Positions 39,524 through 50,677 are shown, counted from the first letter of the stretch. The stretch is 64,000 nucleotides of DNA from an uncultured Nitrospiraceae bacterium (GCA_963727805.1 CAVSHF010000004.1:32001-96000), one strand, 5' to 3'. Notes: generated by a model not told the origin, from the sequence alone. Translations and numbers: made by a program.

Positions 39524-40726
39524 ATGGAAACCAGCAAGATCATAGACGACGCCGATCATTATCTGATGCCCACTTACAGCCGTTTCCCCGTAGTTTTGCG
39601 CAAGGGAAGAGGCATAAAAGTATGGGATACAAACGGCAAGGAATACCTCGACTTCGTGGGCGGTATCGCGGTCAATGTCCTCGGCCATTGTCATCCCAGG
39701 GTAGTAGTGGCAATTCAGAAACAGGCGCAGAGGCTTATTCATGTTTCCAACCTCTATTACATTGAACCCCAGGGCAAGCTGGCAAAACTGCTTGTGACGA
39801 ACTCTTTTGCCGACAAGGTTTTTTTCTGCAATTCAGGGGCCGAGGCGAACGAGGCGGCCATAAAGTTAGCTCGGAAATATGCCAAAGAGCAGCTGGGGTC
39901 GGAACGCTACGAGATTATCACAGCCTTAAACTCGTTTCACGGCAGGACTATGGCCACTTTGACGGCAACGGGGCAACCCAAATTTCAGAAGGGGTTCGAG
40001 CCCCTCTTGCCCGGATTCAAGTATGTGCCTTTCAATGACATCGATGCTCTTGCCGCTGCAATAACCGAGAATACCTGCGCGGTGATGCTAGAGCCTATTC
40101 AGGGTGAAGGTGGCGTGATTCTGCCAGTGGCAGGATATCTGAAAAAGGTCCGCGAACTCTGCGATGAAAAGAAGCTGCTTCTTATCTTCGATGAGGTCCA
40201 GACTGGCATGGGGCGTACCGGAAAGCTCTTTGCTTATGAACATTACGGCATTCTCCCTGATATTATGTCTTTGGCCAAGGGGCTTGGCGGAGGTGTTCCT
40301 ATTGGCGCGATGCTTGCAACCGATGAGGTCGCCACCGCTTTTCAGCCGCGTACTCACGCTTCAACTTTTGGGGGCAACCCCTTAGTCTGCGCAGCCGCAA
40401 TAGCGACGATTGAGACCCTTCTGGAAGACGGCTTCATCCTTGATCAGTGCAACCGGATGTCGAAATACCTTATGGAAAGCTTGACCCAACTCAAGTATGA
40501 CTACCAGGGTAAGGTTGTTGAAATCAGGGGCAAAGGACTGCTCATCGCGATGGAATTGTTGCGAGATGCTGTCCCGTATGTCTCCGCATGCATGGAAAGC
40601 GGAATCCTGGTCGGTCTTGCCGGAGGGGGCAACGTTCTCAGGTTCACCCCACCATTGATTGTGGAGGGAAAAGATATCGATAACATGATCGAAGTACTGG
40701 AAGATGTGATGGAAAAATTGCCATGA
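39524..40726 (+). CDS. argD: Acetylornithine aminotransferase
   Basis: NSGAEANE, SFHGRT, EPIQGEGG, DEVQTG.GRTG, AKGLGGG. ATG at 39524 preferred over the upstream TTG. Confidence 0.93.
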   Translation: METSKIIDDADHYLMPTYSRFPVVLRKGRGIKVWDTNGKEYLDFVGGIAVNVLGHCHPRVVVAIQKQAQRLIHVSNLYYIEPQGKLAKLLVTNSFADKVFFCNSGAEANEAAIKLARKYAKEQLGSERYEIITALNSFHGRTMATLTATGQPKFQKGFEPLLPGFKYVPFNDIDALAAAITENTCAVMLEPIQGEGGVILPVAGYLKKVRELCDEKKLLLIFDEVQTGMGRTGKLFAYEHYGILPDIMSLAKGLGGGVPIGAMLATDEVATAFQPRTHASTFGGNPLVCAAAIATIETLLEDGFILDQCNRMSKYLMESLTQLKYDYQGKVVEIRGKGLLIAMELLRDAVPYVSACMESGILVGLAGGGNVLRFTPPLIVEGKDIDNMIEVLEDVMEKLP

Positions 40727-41640
40727 AAAGAGCCACAAAGCGAGATTGTCTGACACTATTTGATTTTTCGGAAGATGAAATAGACTTCCTGCTGAAAAGG
40801 GCCATTGGACTGAAATCGGGCGTTGATGCCGGCAAATGCCCTCTTATCGGCAAGAGCATTGGGCTCTTCTTTGAAAAACCGTCCACGCGGACGAGGGTGT
40901 CGTTCGAGGTTGGCGTCTATCAACTTGGCGCTCAACCGATCTATCTCAGCCCTAAGGACATCCAGCTCGGCCGTGGAGAAACTATTGCCGATACAGCACG
41001 AACTCTTTCGCGGTATTTGCACGGAATGGTTATGCGTGTTTTCAAGCAATCTGCGCTTGAGGAATTTGCCCGCTATGCGTCAGTGCCTGTCATAAATGGC
41101 CTCTCCGATATGCATCATCCCTGCCAGGCGTTTGCGGATCTTATGACCGTGCTTGAGCGGAAAGGGCGTCTCAAAGGTATCCGGTTTGCATTTATCGGAG
41201 ACGGCAATAATGTCGCCAATTCCCTCATAGAATCAGCATCACGCACTGGGCTCGATTTTGTCATTGCTTCTCCTGAAGGGTATGGCCCGGATGCATCAAC
41301 AGTCGCTCGTGTGCGCAAGGATGGAAAGGGCAGCATTACGGTGACTAACGATCCGAAGGAAGCTGTCGCCGGTGCCGATGTACTTTATACTGACGTATGG
41401 GTGAGCATGGGGCAAGAGGCCGAGGCAGAAGAAAAGGCCAGGAAGTTCAAGGGATACCAGATAAATAGCGCTCTGCTCAGCCTGGCAAAACCGGATGCTA
41501 TCGTGCTTCATTGCCTGCCTGCCTATCGCGGCAAGGAGATTACGGCAGAAGTGATGGACGGTCCCCAGAGCGCTGTTTTCGACCAGGCCGAAAATAGGCT
41601 CCACACCGAGAAGGCACTCCTCGAATTTCTGGTTCGGTGA
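40723..41640 (+). CDS. argF: Ornithine carbamoyltransferase
   Basis: STRTR, HPCQ, WVSMG, HCLP. Confidence 0.95.
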   Translation: MKRATKRDCLTLFDFSEDEIDFLLKRAIGLKSGVDAGKCPLIGKSIGLFFEKPSTRTRVSFEVGVYQLGAQPIYLSPKDIQLGRGETIADTARTLSRYLHGMVMRVFKQSALEEFARYASVPVINGLSDMHHPCQAFADLMTVLERKGRLKGIRFAFIGDGNNVANSLIESASRTGLDFVIASPEGYGPDASTVARVRKDGKGSITVTNDPKEAVAGADVLYTDVWVSMGQEAEAEEKARKFKGYQINSALLSLAKPDAIVLHCLPAYRGKEITAEVMDGPQSAVFDQAENRLHTEKALLEFLVR

Positions 41641-41761
41641 CCGCTGATCATCTCTTGATCCTTTCCTTGACTTGGATTCTCTATCTTGGATAAACTAAAA
41701 ATCGCTCAATTTCTTATGGAGACCGGCTGATACCGGATTTTGTGAAAGGAGACGCACGCTC

Positions 41762-42214
41762 ATGCTCATCGCCATCGGTTCTGACCACGCAGGTCTCGAT
41801 CTAAAGAAAGATGTAATCGCACTCCTCAAAGAATTAGGTCACGAATTAACTGATTACGGCACTGACACTCCGCAATCGGTCGATTACCCCGATTTTGGAG
41901 AGAAGGTCGCTAGGGACGTTTCTACCGGGAAGGCAGACAGAGGCATTCTTATCTGTGGCACCGGCATAGGGATGTCTATCGTTGCCAACAAATTCCGCAA
42001 TATCAGGGCTGCGCTCTGCAACGACCTTTTTTCGGCAAAGATGAGCAGGCTCCATAACAACGCCAATATTCTTGTGATGGGCGGCAGGATAATCGGGAAA
42101 GACCTTGCCAAAGAGATCGTCCGCACCTGGATAGACACCCCTTTTGATGGCGGAAGGCACGTTAACAGGCTTAAAAAGATTTCGCTCATCGAATTAAAGA
42201 CCCTTGAGAAATAG
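41762..42214 (+). CDS. rpiB: Ribose-5-phosphate isomerase B
   Basis: GSDHAG, VDYPD, CGTGIG, HNNAN, FDGGRH. Confidence 0.95.
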   Translation: MLIAIGSDHAGLDLKKDVIALLKELGHELTDYGTDTPQSVDYPDFGEKVARDVSTGKADRGILICGTGIGMSIVANKFRNIRAALCNDLFSAKMSRLHNNANILVMGGRIIGKDLAKEIVRTWIDTPFDGGRHVNRLKKISLIELKTLEK

Positions 42215-42250
42215 CCGATAAAATATATAAGGAAACAGAGTGACCGCCCC

Positions 42251-43495
42251 ATGAACGCAGAACACCTTAAAGCCGTCGACCCCGAAATTTATGAAGCTAT
42301 TCTTAACGAAGAAGAACGCGAGCGGAAGAAGATACTTCTAATAGCCTCAGAGAATTATGCAAGCCGGGCGGTTATGGATGCCCAGGGCTCCGTCTTTACC
42401 AATAAATACGCTGAAGGGTATCCCGGAAGGCGCTACTACGGCGGATGCGAGTTCGCAGACCAGGTTGAGAGGCTCGCTATCAACCGCGCCACACAGATAT
42501 TTGGTGCCGAACATGTGAATGTCCAGCCTCACTCCGGGAGCCAGGCGAATATGGCGGTCTTCTTTTCAGTGCTAAAGCCGGGGGACACCATCCTCGGGAT
42601 GGACCTGAAGCATGGTGGCCATCTTTCGCATGGCGCTTCGGTCAACTTTACCGGCATGTTCTATAAGGCCGTATCCTACGGTGTTACCCGTGAAACCGGT
42701 TACATCGATATGGACGGGGTAAGAAAAACCGCATTTGAGCATAAGCCAAAAATTATCGTCGTGGGAGCGAGTGCCTATTCGAGGATTATCGATTTTGAGG
42801 GTTTTTCTGCGATTGCTAAAGAAGTAGGTGCTTACCTGATGGCTGACATCGCCCATATCGCTGGACTGGTCGCCGCTGGAGTGCATCCGTCTCCGATTCC
42901 ACACGCTGACTTTGTGACCTCCACAACCCACAAGACGCTGAGGGGGCCAAGAGGCGGTCTCATTATGTGTAAGGCCAATTTCGCAAAAGCCATCGACAAG
43001 ATGATTTTTCCGGGGATACAGGGTGGGCCTCTTGTGCAGGTTATCGCGTCAAAGGCTGTTGCTTTGAAAGAAGCGTTAAGCCCTGAATTCACCGATTATC
43101 AAAAAAGAGTTGTCGCTAATGCGAAAAGACTTGCTGCGGGCCTGATAGCAAAGGGATTTACTATCATATCAGGCGGTACCGACAACCATCTTATGCTTGT
43201 GGATTTGAGCAATATGAATGTTACGGGAAAAGACGCCGAAGAAGCCCTCGACAAAACAGGCATTACAGTTAACAAGAACGGCATCCCATATGATCAAAAA
43301 CCGGCAACTATTACGGGTGGCATAAGACTGGGGACACCCTGCGTTACTACGAGGGGGATGGGCGAGAGTGAGATGGATGAGATCGCCGACATCATCGCCA
43401 ACGTCATCCGCAATATCGACAACGATGCAATTCTAAAGGCCACGAAGCACAGGGTACAGGCCCTTTGCGAGCGATTTTCCGTTTATCAGCCATGA
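42251..43495 (+). CDS. glyA: Serine hydroxymethyltransferase
   Basis: [31 protein letters not shown]. Confidence 0.97.
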   Translation: MNAEHLKAVDPEIYEAILNEEERERKKILLIASENYASRAVMDAQGSVFTNKYAEGYPGRRYYGGCEFADQVERLAINRATQIFGAEHVNVQPHSGSQANMAVFFSVLKPGDTILGMDLKHGGHLSHGASVNFTGMFYKAVSYGVTRETGYIDMDGVRKTAFEHKPKIIVVGASAYSRIIDFEGFSAIAKEVGAYLMADIAHIAGLVAAGVHPSPIPHADFVTSTTHKTLRGPRGGLIMCKANFAKAIDKMIFPGIQGGPLVQVIASKAVALKEALSPEFTDYQKRVVANAKRLAAGLIAKGFTIISGGTDNHLMLVDLSNMNVTGKDAEEALDKTGITVNKNGIPYDQKPATITGGIRLGTPCVTTRGMGESEMDEIADIIANVIRNIDNDAILKATKHRVQALCERFSVYQP

Positions 43496-43511
43496 AGCCC
43501 CATAGTCGATC

Positions 43512-43985
43512 ATGAAGTGCCCTTTCTGCGGGAGCATCGAAGACAAGGTCATTGATTCAAGGATGGCCAAAGAAGGAGATGTCATCCGTCGCAGGAGGAA
43601 ATGCCTCAAATGTGAACAAAGGTTCACCTCTTATGAGCGTGTCGACGAACCCCTTCCAATGGTCATCAAGAAAGACGGGAGCCGGGAATTCTTCGATGCG
43701 TATAAAATTATCAGCGGTCTCAAAAAGGCATGTGAAAAAAGACCCATCCCAATCAATAACCTCGAAGGGGTCGAAAAGACGATCGAAAAGAAACTCATGA
43801 GCATGGGCGTTAAGGAAATTCCGAGTTCCTGGATAGGTGAAGAAATCATGGCCGCCCTGAAGGATCTCGATAAAGTAGCTTATGTAAGGTTCGCCTCGGT
43901 ATACCGGCAATTCAAGGATATCAACGACCTGATAAAGGAAGTGAAAAACCTGTTCGACGAAAAAGGAAGAGAAGTTAAAAGTTGA
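43512..43985 (+). CDS. nrdR: Transcriptional repressor NrdR
   Basis: CPFC...VIDSR, RRRKC..C, ATP cone, VAYVRFASVY. Confidence 0.96.
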   Translation: MKCPFCGSIEDKVIDSRMAKEGDVIRRRRKCLKCEQRFTSYERVDEPLPMVIKKDGSREFFDAYKIISGLKKACEKRPIPINNLEGVEKTIEKKLMSMGVKEIPSSWIGEEIMAALKDLDKVAYVRFASVYRQFKDINDLIKEVKNLFDEKGREVKS

Positions 43986-44024
43986 CTTGAAATGCTTTTT
44001 TTTATTATTCTACTCTTTGCCTTT

Positions 44025-44095
44025 TGGGGAGTCGTACAATGGCAGTACGGCAGGCTCTGGATCTGCTTATAGGGGTTCGAATCCTCTCTCCCCAG
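44025..44095 (+). tRNA. tRNA-Gln(CTG)
   Basis: TGGGGAG/CTCCCCA acceptor stem, GCAGG-ctCTGga-TCTGC anticodon arm, GGTTCGAATCC. Confidence 0.95.
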
Positions 44096-44102
44096 TCACA
44101 AT

Positions 44103-44178
44103 GGTCCCATCGTCTAGAGGCCTAGGACATAGCCCTCTCAAGGCTAAGACACGGGTTCGACTCCCGTTGGGACTACCA
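44103..44178 (+). tRNA. tRNA-Glu(CTC), CCA encoded; island integration site
   Basis: GGTCCCA...TAGCC-ctCTCaa-GGCTA...GGTTCGACTCC...TGGGACTACCA. Confidence 0.96.
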
Positions 44179-44548
44179 AAAAAACATATTAGTTCAGGGT
44201 TTTGTGGCAAGTAACACCTTGATCTATTGGATTTTTATCACCATCAAGTGTTAACACTGTTGTGCGCTTGAATAGTCGCGCAGCTTTCGCACCGCAAGGC
44301 TAAGACACTGGTTCTAATCCATTTTGGATAATCAAATAAAATTACGGCAAAAACAATGGGTTGCACCATTAATCCTTTCTTTTTAACCGCGTTATTCGTA
44401 GCAGCGTCATAAAAACGTCATGATGTCGAATCCCACAATACACAGATTATTGATTCACATTTGATGCCGCGTCTTCTGTGCTGTCGGTAGTTAAACGTAG
44501 CGGCATCTAAAATTCGAGGCAAGCATTTGCCCGCCGCTCTATTGTAAT

Positions 44549-44722
44549 TTGCCAGCTGAGCTAATTGTAGGGGATGTCGCTAAAAAGACGGGAATGCCGT
44601 TGTCTACAATTTCACGAATTGAGGGACTCACGCATGGATTGCCTATGCTTTCAACCCTTAAAAAGATAGCCGATGCTCTTGATACAAAACTTGTGATAAG
44701 GATAGAGGGTAAAAGACGGTAG
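44549..44722 (+). pseudogene. XRE-family HTH fragment (HigA-like), probably 5'-truncated
   Basis: Frame reads ...DVAKKTGMPLSTISRIEG...P.LSTLKKIADALDTKLVIRIE...; no good RBS or start; below the ORF-track cutoff. Confidence 0.6.
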
Positions 44723-44779
44723 AATGCCCTCTACTTCTCTATCTGGCAACCAATCAAATCAAGTTGTTTGTCCGTTTTC

Positions 44780-45502
44780 TCACTTTTGGCCTCGTCGTGA
44801 GCCATAGTTAGTGCGTTTATAAATCCTGATTTCATTCGTGTCCGGATCTTGAAAAACATTCTCAATTTTATTCCTTTTTGCGTTGTAGGTTATCGGCTCA
44901 TCCAAAGAGTATGCGTAGAGCGGACGCAAGCTTCTCGCTGCACACAGCAGCGTCCGGAATACGTAATTCAGAAACGATCCAGTGTAACGGTAGCGCCGTA
45001 TGCACGTTTCAAGTCTCTTTTGAATTTCATCGTCATATCCTTGCCAGCGAAATAAGCACTGATAACGGTCAATCCACACGTCAATAGTGTAACGAACAAG
45101 TTTGATGATCTCCCGTCTAGCTGACTGATTTCCGCACTGAGCCAATCGAACAAGTGCAATGCTGATAATGTCCTGCATGCGCCTTTCTTCTTGATCGGAG
45201 AATGCAATAAAAACGTATAAGTGTTCGTCATATCTCTTAAGGACGGCGCCGACCTCGGAAGAATTCTCATATGGCTTTCGGTTCTTGTGCCTTCGCCACG
45301 GAACCCACCGACGTTGGAATTTCCACTCCAGCGCATAGGTTACTCTATCCCAGTCTATATGACCGAGCTCCGTCCTGATATTCTTGTAAATGAAACGATA
45401 GCAATGTGGAGCGTGTTTCAGGATCCATGAACTATTAAAAGCATCGGGATTTTGCCGATTCAAGGTCTCGTTGAGAATTACTATAACTTGATCGAAGATC
45501 AT
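44780..45502 (-). CDS. Hypothetical protein with sigma-70 region 2-like segment
   Basis: LVRLAQCGNQSARREII, F.NYVFR.L, YSLDEPI. Start MIFD after a G-rich RBS. Confidence 0.5.
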   Translation of the reverse strand: MIFDQVIVILNETLNRQNPDAFNSSWILKHAPHCYRFIYKNIRTELGHIDWDRVTYALEWKFQRRWVPWRRHKNRKPYENSSEVGAVLKRYDEHLYVFIAFSDQEERRMQDIISIALVRLAQCGNQSARREIIKLVRYTIDVWIDRYQCLFRWQGYDDEIQKRLETCIRRYRYTGSFLNYVFRTLLCAARSLRPLYAYSLDEPITYNAKRNKIENVFQDPDTNEIRIYKRTNYGSRRGQK

Positions 45503-45609
45503 CAGTACCCCCCCAAATATGAGAAAATATATGGTATTGTACTGTACGATTAGACGCGTTATGAAACTAGACAAGATAATAACGTTCAGGCAGAAAAATT
45601 ATCTGCTGA

Positions 45610-48039
45610 TTGTACTGCCAAAGGCGGTCCGTAATCTTGAAAGGTGATTCCGCAAACACGCTTAAAGAAGAAATAGCTGAAATCGAGTCTCGCCTCGCCG
45701 AACTATATAAGGAACGGGACAGCCTTGATGAGCGTCTTCAGTCCTTGCAGGTAAAACTGCGGGAAGTTCTGTCGAATAATCAGCAAAAGAAGACTGTATC
45801 AGTCATTCTTTCGCCTGAAGAAAAAATTCATATTTTCCGTGATCTTTTCCGTGGTCGAGAAGACGTCTATCCTAAACTCTGGACAAGTAAGAAGACAGGA
45901 GCAAAGGGGTACAGTCCCGTTTGCCTTAAAGAGTGGCAATCAGGCGTATGTAGAAAGCCGACGGTAAAATGTAGCGAATGTAACAATCGGGCCTTCGCAC
46001 CAGTGACCGATAGTGTCATAAGACAGCACCTTGACGGACAGATTACAGCCGGTGTGTATCCTTTGCTTGAAGATGACACATGCTGGTTCCTTGCTGTTGA
46101 TTTCGATAAAAAAGAATGGGAGAAAGACGCAATTGCCTTTCTGACAACATGCGAAGCAAACGCAATTTTGGCTTACATTGAGCGGTCCAGATCCGGTAAC
46201 GGTGCGCACGTCTGGATCTTTTTCAGTGAGCCAGTCCCGGCTGTACTGGCCCGCCAGCTCGGTGAGTTCCTCATAACTGAAACCATGGAGGAAAGGCATG
46301 AGCTCGATATGAAGAGCTACGACAGATTCTTTCCCAACCAGGACACTCTTCCAAGAGGTGGGTTCGGTAATCTGATAGCGCTTCCACTTCAGAAAATTCC
46401 GCGTGAAACAGGCAATAGCGTCTTTGTCGATAAGAGCCTTACTCCTTATCCTAATCAGTGGGCTATCCTTGGCAATGTCGGCCACATCTCTTTTCCAGAA
46501 CTATCTCAATTTCTCGAAGAGAACATCAAGGCAAAAGGCCTCCTTGGAATTAGAACGAGCCAGGGCGACGACGAGTCTGCACCTTGGGAAAGCCAGTCAC
46601 TGTCCAAGCGCGTATTCACAAAGCTCACATGTGCCCTACCTGATCAAATAACCGTTGTTATCGCCAACAGGCTGTACATTAATGAAGAAGGTCTTCCTTC
46701 CCAACTTATAACTCGTATAAAACGTCTAGCATCATTTCAGAACCCTGAATTCTTTAAGAAACAAAGCATGCGCTTCTCGACGGCGAAAACTCCAAGAGTC
46801 ATTTGTTGCGCCGAAGAGGTTAATTCATTCGTCGCTTTGCCACGAGGCTGTCTGGAAGATCTTGGTAAACTCTTATCGATTAATGATATTAACCTCGCCA
46901 TCGACGACAAGAGATTTAGCGGTGAACCTGCCGATTTCATATTCCAAGGTGAACTTAATTCGCTCCAGAAAAAAGTTCTGAAGGAGATGCTTAATTATGA
47001 TACCGGGGTTTTCGTTGCTCCTCCCGGCATAGGAAAGACAATTTTGGGCATCAAACTTATAGCCGAAAGAAAGGTAAATGCTCTTATTCTGGTCCATCGC
47101 AAACCGCTTCTTGATCAGTGGCGTGCCCAAATTGCATCATTTTTAGATATGGATATAACGAATGTTGGACAGATCGGCGGAGCTAAAGATAAAGCAACGG
47201 GAATCATTGATGTCGCTATGCTTCAGAGCCTGGACAAAGAGGATGGCATAGACGATAGGGTCAAGCAGTACGGGCAGATAATCGTAGATGAATGCCATCA
47301 TATCTCTGCGGTTTCCTTTGAGCGCGTCATGATGGCGTCAAACGCGAAGTATGTTACTGGCCTCACTGCTACACCTTATCGGAGGGATGGGCATCAGCCA
47401 ATTATTATCATGCAGTGTGGCCCAATTCGTTATTCTGTGAGCACGAAGTCAGTGACGAAAGAGGCTTCGTTTCGACAGCTTTTAGTCGAACGTAAGACAG
47501 ACTTTTCATGCGAATGGGTCGAAGGCGACCATATTACTTCGATTTGGCCACCGCTGATAGCCGATGCTGCCAGAAACGATCTCATCTGTTCGGACGTACC
47601 TAATTGCCTCTCGGAAAGGCGCTCTCCCATTATTCTTACTGAAAGAAAAGAACACCTTGAATTGTTGAGAGGCTTATTAGAAGGATCAGTTGAGCATTTG
47701 GTCGTGTTGCATGGTGGGATGAAAGCCCCACAGCGAAGGGAGATGCTCCAGAGGCTTTTCAATACCCCGGAGACCGAAAAGCGTGCTATTTTGGCAACCG
47801 GACCATATATTGGGGAAGGGTTTGACGATCCGAGACTTGATACACTTTTTCTGGCTATGCCCTTTTCTTTCAAAGGAAAGATGGTGCAGTATGCCGGCAG
47901 ACTTCATCGCCAGCGTGAAAACAAGACTGAGATAAGAATTTACGATTACGTCGATAGTAAGATGCCGCTTCTCGATAAAATGTATAAAAGGAGATTGAAG
48001 GCTTATAAGTCTCTTGGATATGAGAAACTGGAGTTGTAA
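45610..48039 (+). CDS. AEP (TOTE-type) primase domain fused to SF2 DEAD/DEAH (ResIII-like) helicase
   Basis: LFRGREDVY, GVYPL...C.FLAVDFD, ERSRSGNGAHVW, GNLIALPLQ; then APPGIGKT, DECHH, TATP, GEGFD, QYAGRLHR. Start uncertain. Confidence 0.85.
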   Translation: MYCQRRSVILKGDSANTLKEEIAEIESRLAELYKERDSLDERLQSLQVKLREVLSNNQQKKTVSVILSPEEKIHIFRDLFRGREDVYPKLWTSKKTGAKGYSPVCLKEWQSGVCRKPTVKCSECNNRAFAPVTDSVIRQHLDGQITAGVYPLLEDDTCWFLAVDFDKKEWEKDAIAFLTTCEANAILAYIERSRSGNGAHVWIFFSEPVPAVLARQLGEFLITETMEERHELDMKSYDRFFPNQDTLPRGGFGNLIALPLQKIPRETGNSVFVDKSLTPYPNQWAILGNVGHISFPELSQFLEENIKAKGLLGIRTSQGDDESAPWESQSLSKRVFTKLTCALPDQITVVIANRLYINEEGLPSQLITRIKRLASFQNPEFFKKQSMRFSTAKTPRVICCAEEVNSFVALPRGCLEDLGKLLSINDINLAIDDKRFSGEPADFIFQGELNSLQKKVLKEMLNYDTGVFVAPPGIGKTILGIKLIAERKVNALILVHRKPLLDQWRAQIASFLDMDITNVGQIGGAKDKATGIIDVAMLQSLDKEDGIDDRVKQYGQIIVDECHHISAVSFERVMMASNAKYVTGLTATPYRRDGHQPIIIMQCGPIRYSVSTKSVTKEASFRQLLVERKTDFSCEWVEGDHITSIWPPLIADAARNDLICSDVPNCLSERRSPIILTERKEHLELLRGLLEGSVEHLVVLHGGMKAPQRREMLQRLFNTPETEKRAILATGPYIGEGFDDPRLDTLFLAMPFSFKGKMVQYAGRLHRQRENKTEIRIYDYVDSKMPLLDKMYKRRLKAYKSLGYEKLEL

Positions 48040-48144
48040 GGTAATTTTGGGACAGATTAATATATTAACAAAATAAGGCATATTTACATATATTCAGATA
48101 ATAGGTATAATTAAATATAACGTAGGAAGGGCGGGTGATAACAA

Positions 48145-48390
48145 ATGGAAACAGTCATAGTTGGAGAAAGAGGGCAGGTGACAATCCCGAAGAAATTGAG
48201 GGATCGTTTCGGCATTAAATCAAAGTCTCCTGTTGTTTTTGAACTCAGGGAAGACGGGATTATGATCAAGCCGGCCATGACCGTAACGATACGGGAGTTC
48301 CCGGACGACTTTATAAGGGAGATCACTGAGGCGGATCAACTGAAATCTGCGGAAAGGAAGGATATTCTCTCTAGATGGAGAAAAAAATAA
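48145..48390 (+). CDS. AbrB/MazE/SpoVT-family antitoxin
   Basis: GERGQVTIPKKLR..FGI swapped-hairpin motif; overlaps the PIN gene. Confidence 0.88.
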   Translation: METVIVGERGQVTIPKKLRDRFGIKSKSPVVFELREDGIMIKPAMTVTIREFPDDFIREITEADQLKSAERKDILSRWRKK

Positions 48391-48803
48391 AGGTCTTTCT
48401 CGATAGTAATGTCCTGTTTTCGATCGCGTATACGGGCAAGGAGAAATCGCGTTCATACTTAATCTATGAGATCCAGGGTATGGGCATCATTCAAGTATGT
48501 CTTTCAAAGCTGGTCTGCGAGGAGACTTTGTCGAATATCAGAAGAAAGAAGCCTGATTCGGAAAGCCTTCTCAAAGAGCTGATCGAGAAATCGAAGATAT
48601 TGGGAGATATTGCCGCAGACCTGAAGCATGCGGAGATACGGAAACTCCCACAGAATGACCGGATTATTCTCACGACAGCTATCTATCATAAGGCAGACAT
48701 CTTTGTGACCGGAAATGAGAAGGATTTCAGAAAACTTTATCATAAGAGGGTTTTTAATACTATAGTGCTTAGACCGATCGATTTCCTTAATATGAACTTT
48801 TAA
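48375..48803 (+). CDS. PIN-domain (VapC-like) toxin
   Basis: VFLDSNVL, E, D..IL..A, FVTGN.KDF. Confidence 0.88.
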   Translation: MEKKIKVFLDSNVLFSIAYTGKEKSRSYLIYEIQGMGIIQVCLSKLVCEETLSNIRRKKPDSESLLKELIEKSKILGDIAADLKHAEIRKLPQNDRIILTTAIYHKADIFVTGNEKDFRKLYHKRVFNTIVLRPIDFLNMNF

Positions 48804-49324
48804 TCATTGTTTAAAGCGTATATACGCTACTTTATCTTTGTCCACTGCCCGTTTCTAAAACTGCTACTTACGGGAGACGCGATAATATGAAACACCGGCG
48901 AAATCCGCAGGCAAGGCAAAGGAACGTTAGTCGTGATGGATATCTAGCCTAAGTCGATGTCATAAAAACGTCATAAATTTAGCGGAAAACAAAGGAATCC
49001 AAGGGAATCCATAGGAAAACTCAAAACGCTGAAATGGCATTTAAAACAGTCTGTTATAATAAAATATGTAGGTATTTCAAGCCTGCTTAAAAAACCTATC
49101 TACGTACTCTCAACTCCACGACACTCAGATGATTAGACTGATCATGTGTTCGATGCACTGACCGGGTAGATCATTATTTTTAAGGCAGGCAGGAACCCTG
49201 AAAAAGCCTGTTAGCCCTACAATTTGGATCCGCTTGCGTGTCCCTTCCTGCATTAAGGTATACTTTGTTGACGGGTTGTTGAGGATGATTAATTTCGAAG
49301 TAGGTAAACGGGAGACTGTCAATT

Positions 49325-50677
49325 ATGAATAATGTTGGGAGAAATGATCCCTGCCCTTGTGGCAGTGGAAAGAAATACAAGAAATGTTGCCTTGCAGAAA
49401 CCTTTCTGCAAGTTGGCAAGGAAGACTCCATCCAAAAACAGCTTGTAGCGGAACTCCAGAACTTCTACAACAAGAATTATAAGGACACCGTTGAAGAAGC
49501 CCATGCAATGTTCTGGGATGACTTTATTCCACGAGAACACCTTGAAGGTCATGACCTTGATATCGCTTATCAAAACTTCTTTGAATGGATTACCTTTGAT
49601 TTCATTATAGATCCCGATACCGACAAGACTCTCGTAGACCTCTATATGGAGCGGAATAAGAGATTGTCACAAGACCAATATAAAATCCTGACTCTCATGA
49701 AGAACTCCGTCATAAGTCTATTTGAGGTCCAGGAGGTCTTTCCTGAGAAGGGACTGTTGCTGAAGGACTTACTGCTGGGTGGGGAATATGATGTAAAGGA
49801 AAAGTCTGCTACCCGGAGTCTTAAACGATACGATATTTTTGCTGCCCGGCTATTGCTGATTGATGGTCAATATATCATGAGCGGTTCAGTCTTCCCATAT
49901 AGCATCATGAGGAAAGAAAAGATTCTCGATGACATCATGAACGAGTTCCGAGAGTATCAAGAGGCATTGTCCGATGGCACTATGGATATGTTCCTGAAGG
50001 AGGCAGGTGATTTATTCAACTTCCACTGGTATTTTCCAATCCAATATCCACCGCCGCCGCTGAAACTGCATACCACAAGTGGAGAACCGGTGCTGATTTC
50101 CAGAGCGCTATTTGAGATTAAGGATCATGAGGCCGTCAAGATAGGGTTGCCCAAAATCAAGGGATTTGAACAAGACCACGATGGTTTTACTTGGTATGAC
50201 AAGAGGAAGCCGGATGGTAGTGCCACGATCCTTGGCACAATCGAGATCAAGGGTAATAAACTTACACTTGCATGCCATTCAAAGAAAAGACTTGACCGCG
50301 GCAAGAAACTTATTCTCGGGGCTCTATCCAATACCGTTGTCCACAAGTTAGACACATTTCAAGATCCGATGGAAGCCATTAAATCTCTCAAGGAACAAGC
50401 TCCCAATACCACCCCTGAGAATGACTTGCCGATGGAGATCCAGCAACGACTATATTATCAGTTCATGCAGAACCACTATGAGAAATGGTTTAGTGATAGA
50501 ATCCCAGTTCTTGATAACAAGACCCCGTTGGAGGCTGTTAAGACTGAAGCGGGAAAGCTAAAAGTTATAGAGTTACTTAAACTATATGAAAATGGAGAGG
50601 AACTGAATAAACGGGAATCCAGGCCTTATTATGACCTTGCTTGGGTTTGGCAACGACTTGGCATTGAAAAGGAATAG
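49325..50677 (+). CDS. SEC-C motif protein with C-terminal MbcA/ParS-like segment
   Basis: GRNDPCPCGSGKKYKKCC at the N-terminus; W....IP.LDNKTPLEA near the C-terminus. Confidence 0.75.
   Translation: MNNVGRNDPCPCGSGKKYKKCCLAETFLQVGKEDSIQKQLVAELQNFYNKNYKDTVEEAHAMFWDDFIPREHLEGHDLDIAYQNFFEWITFDFIIDPDTDKTLVDLYMERNKRLSQDQYKILTLMKNSVISLFEVQEVFPEKGLLLKDLLLGGEYDVKEKSATRSLKRYDIFAARLLLIDGQYIMSGSVFPYSIMRKEKILDDIMNEFREYQEALSDGTMDMFLKEAGDLFNFHWYFPIQYPPPPLKLHTTSGEPVLISRALFEIKDHEAVKIGLPKIKGFEQDHDGFTWYDKRKPDGSATILGTIEIKGNKLTLACHSKKRLDRGKKLILGALSNTVVHKLDTFQDPMEAIKSLKEQAPNTTPENDLPMEIQQRLYYQFMQNHYEKWFSDRIPVLDNKTPLEAVKTEAGKLKVIELLKLYENGEELNKRESRPYYDLAWVWQRLGIEKE

Noticed and set aside
43987..44214. 75-aa ORF (and likewise 5210..5485)
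   Set aside because: They overlap tRNA genes and are spurious.
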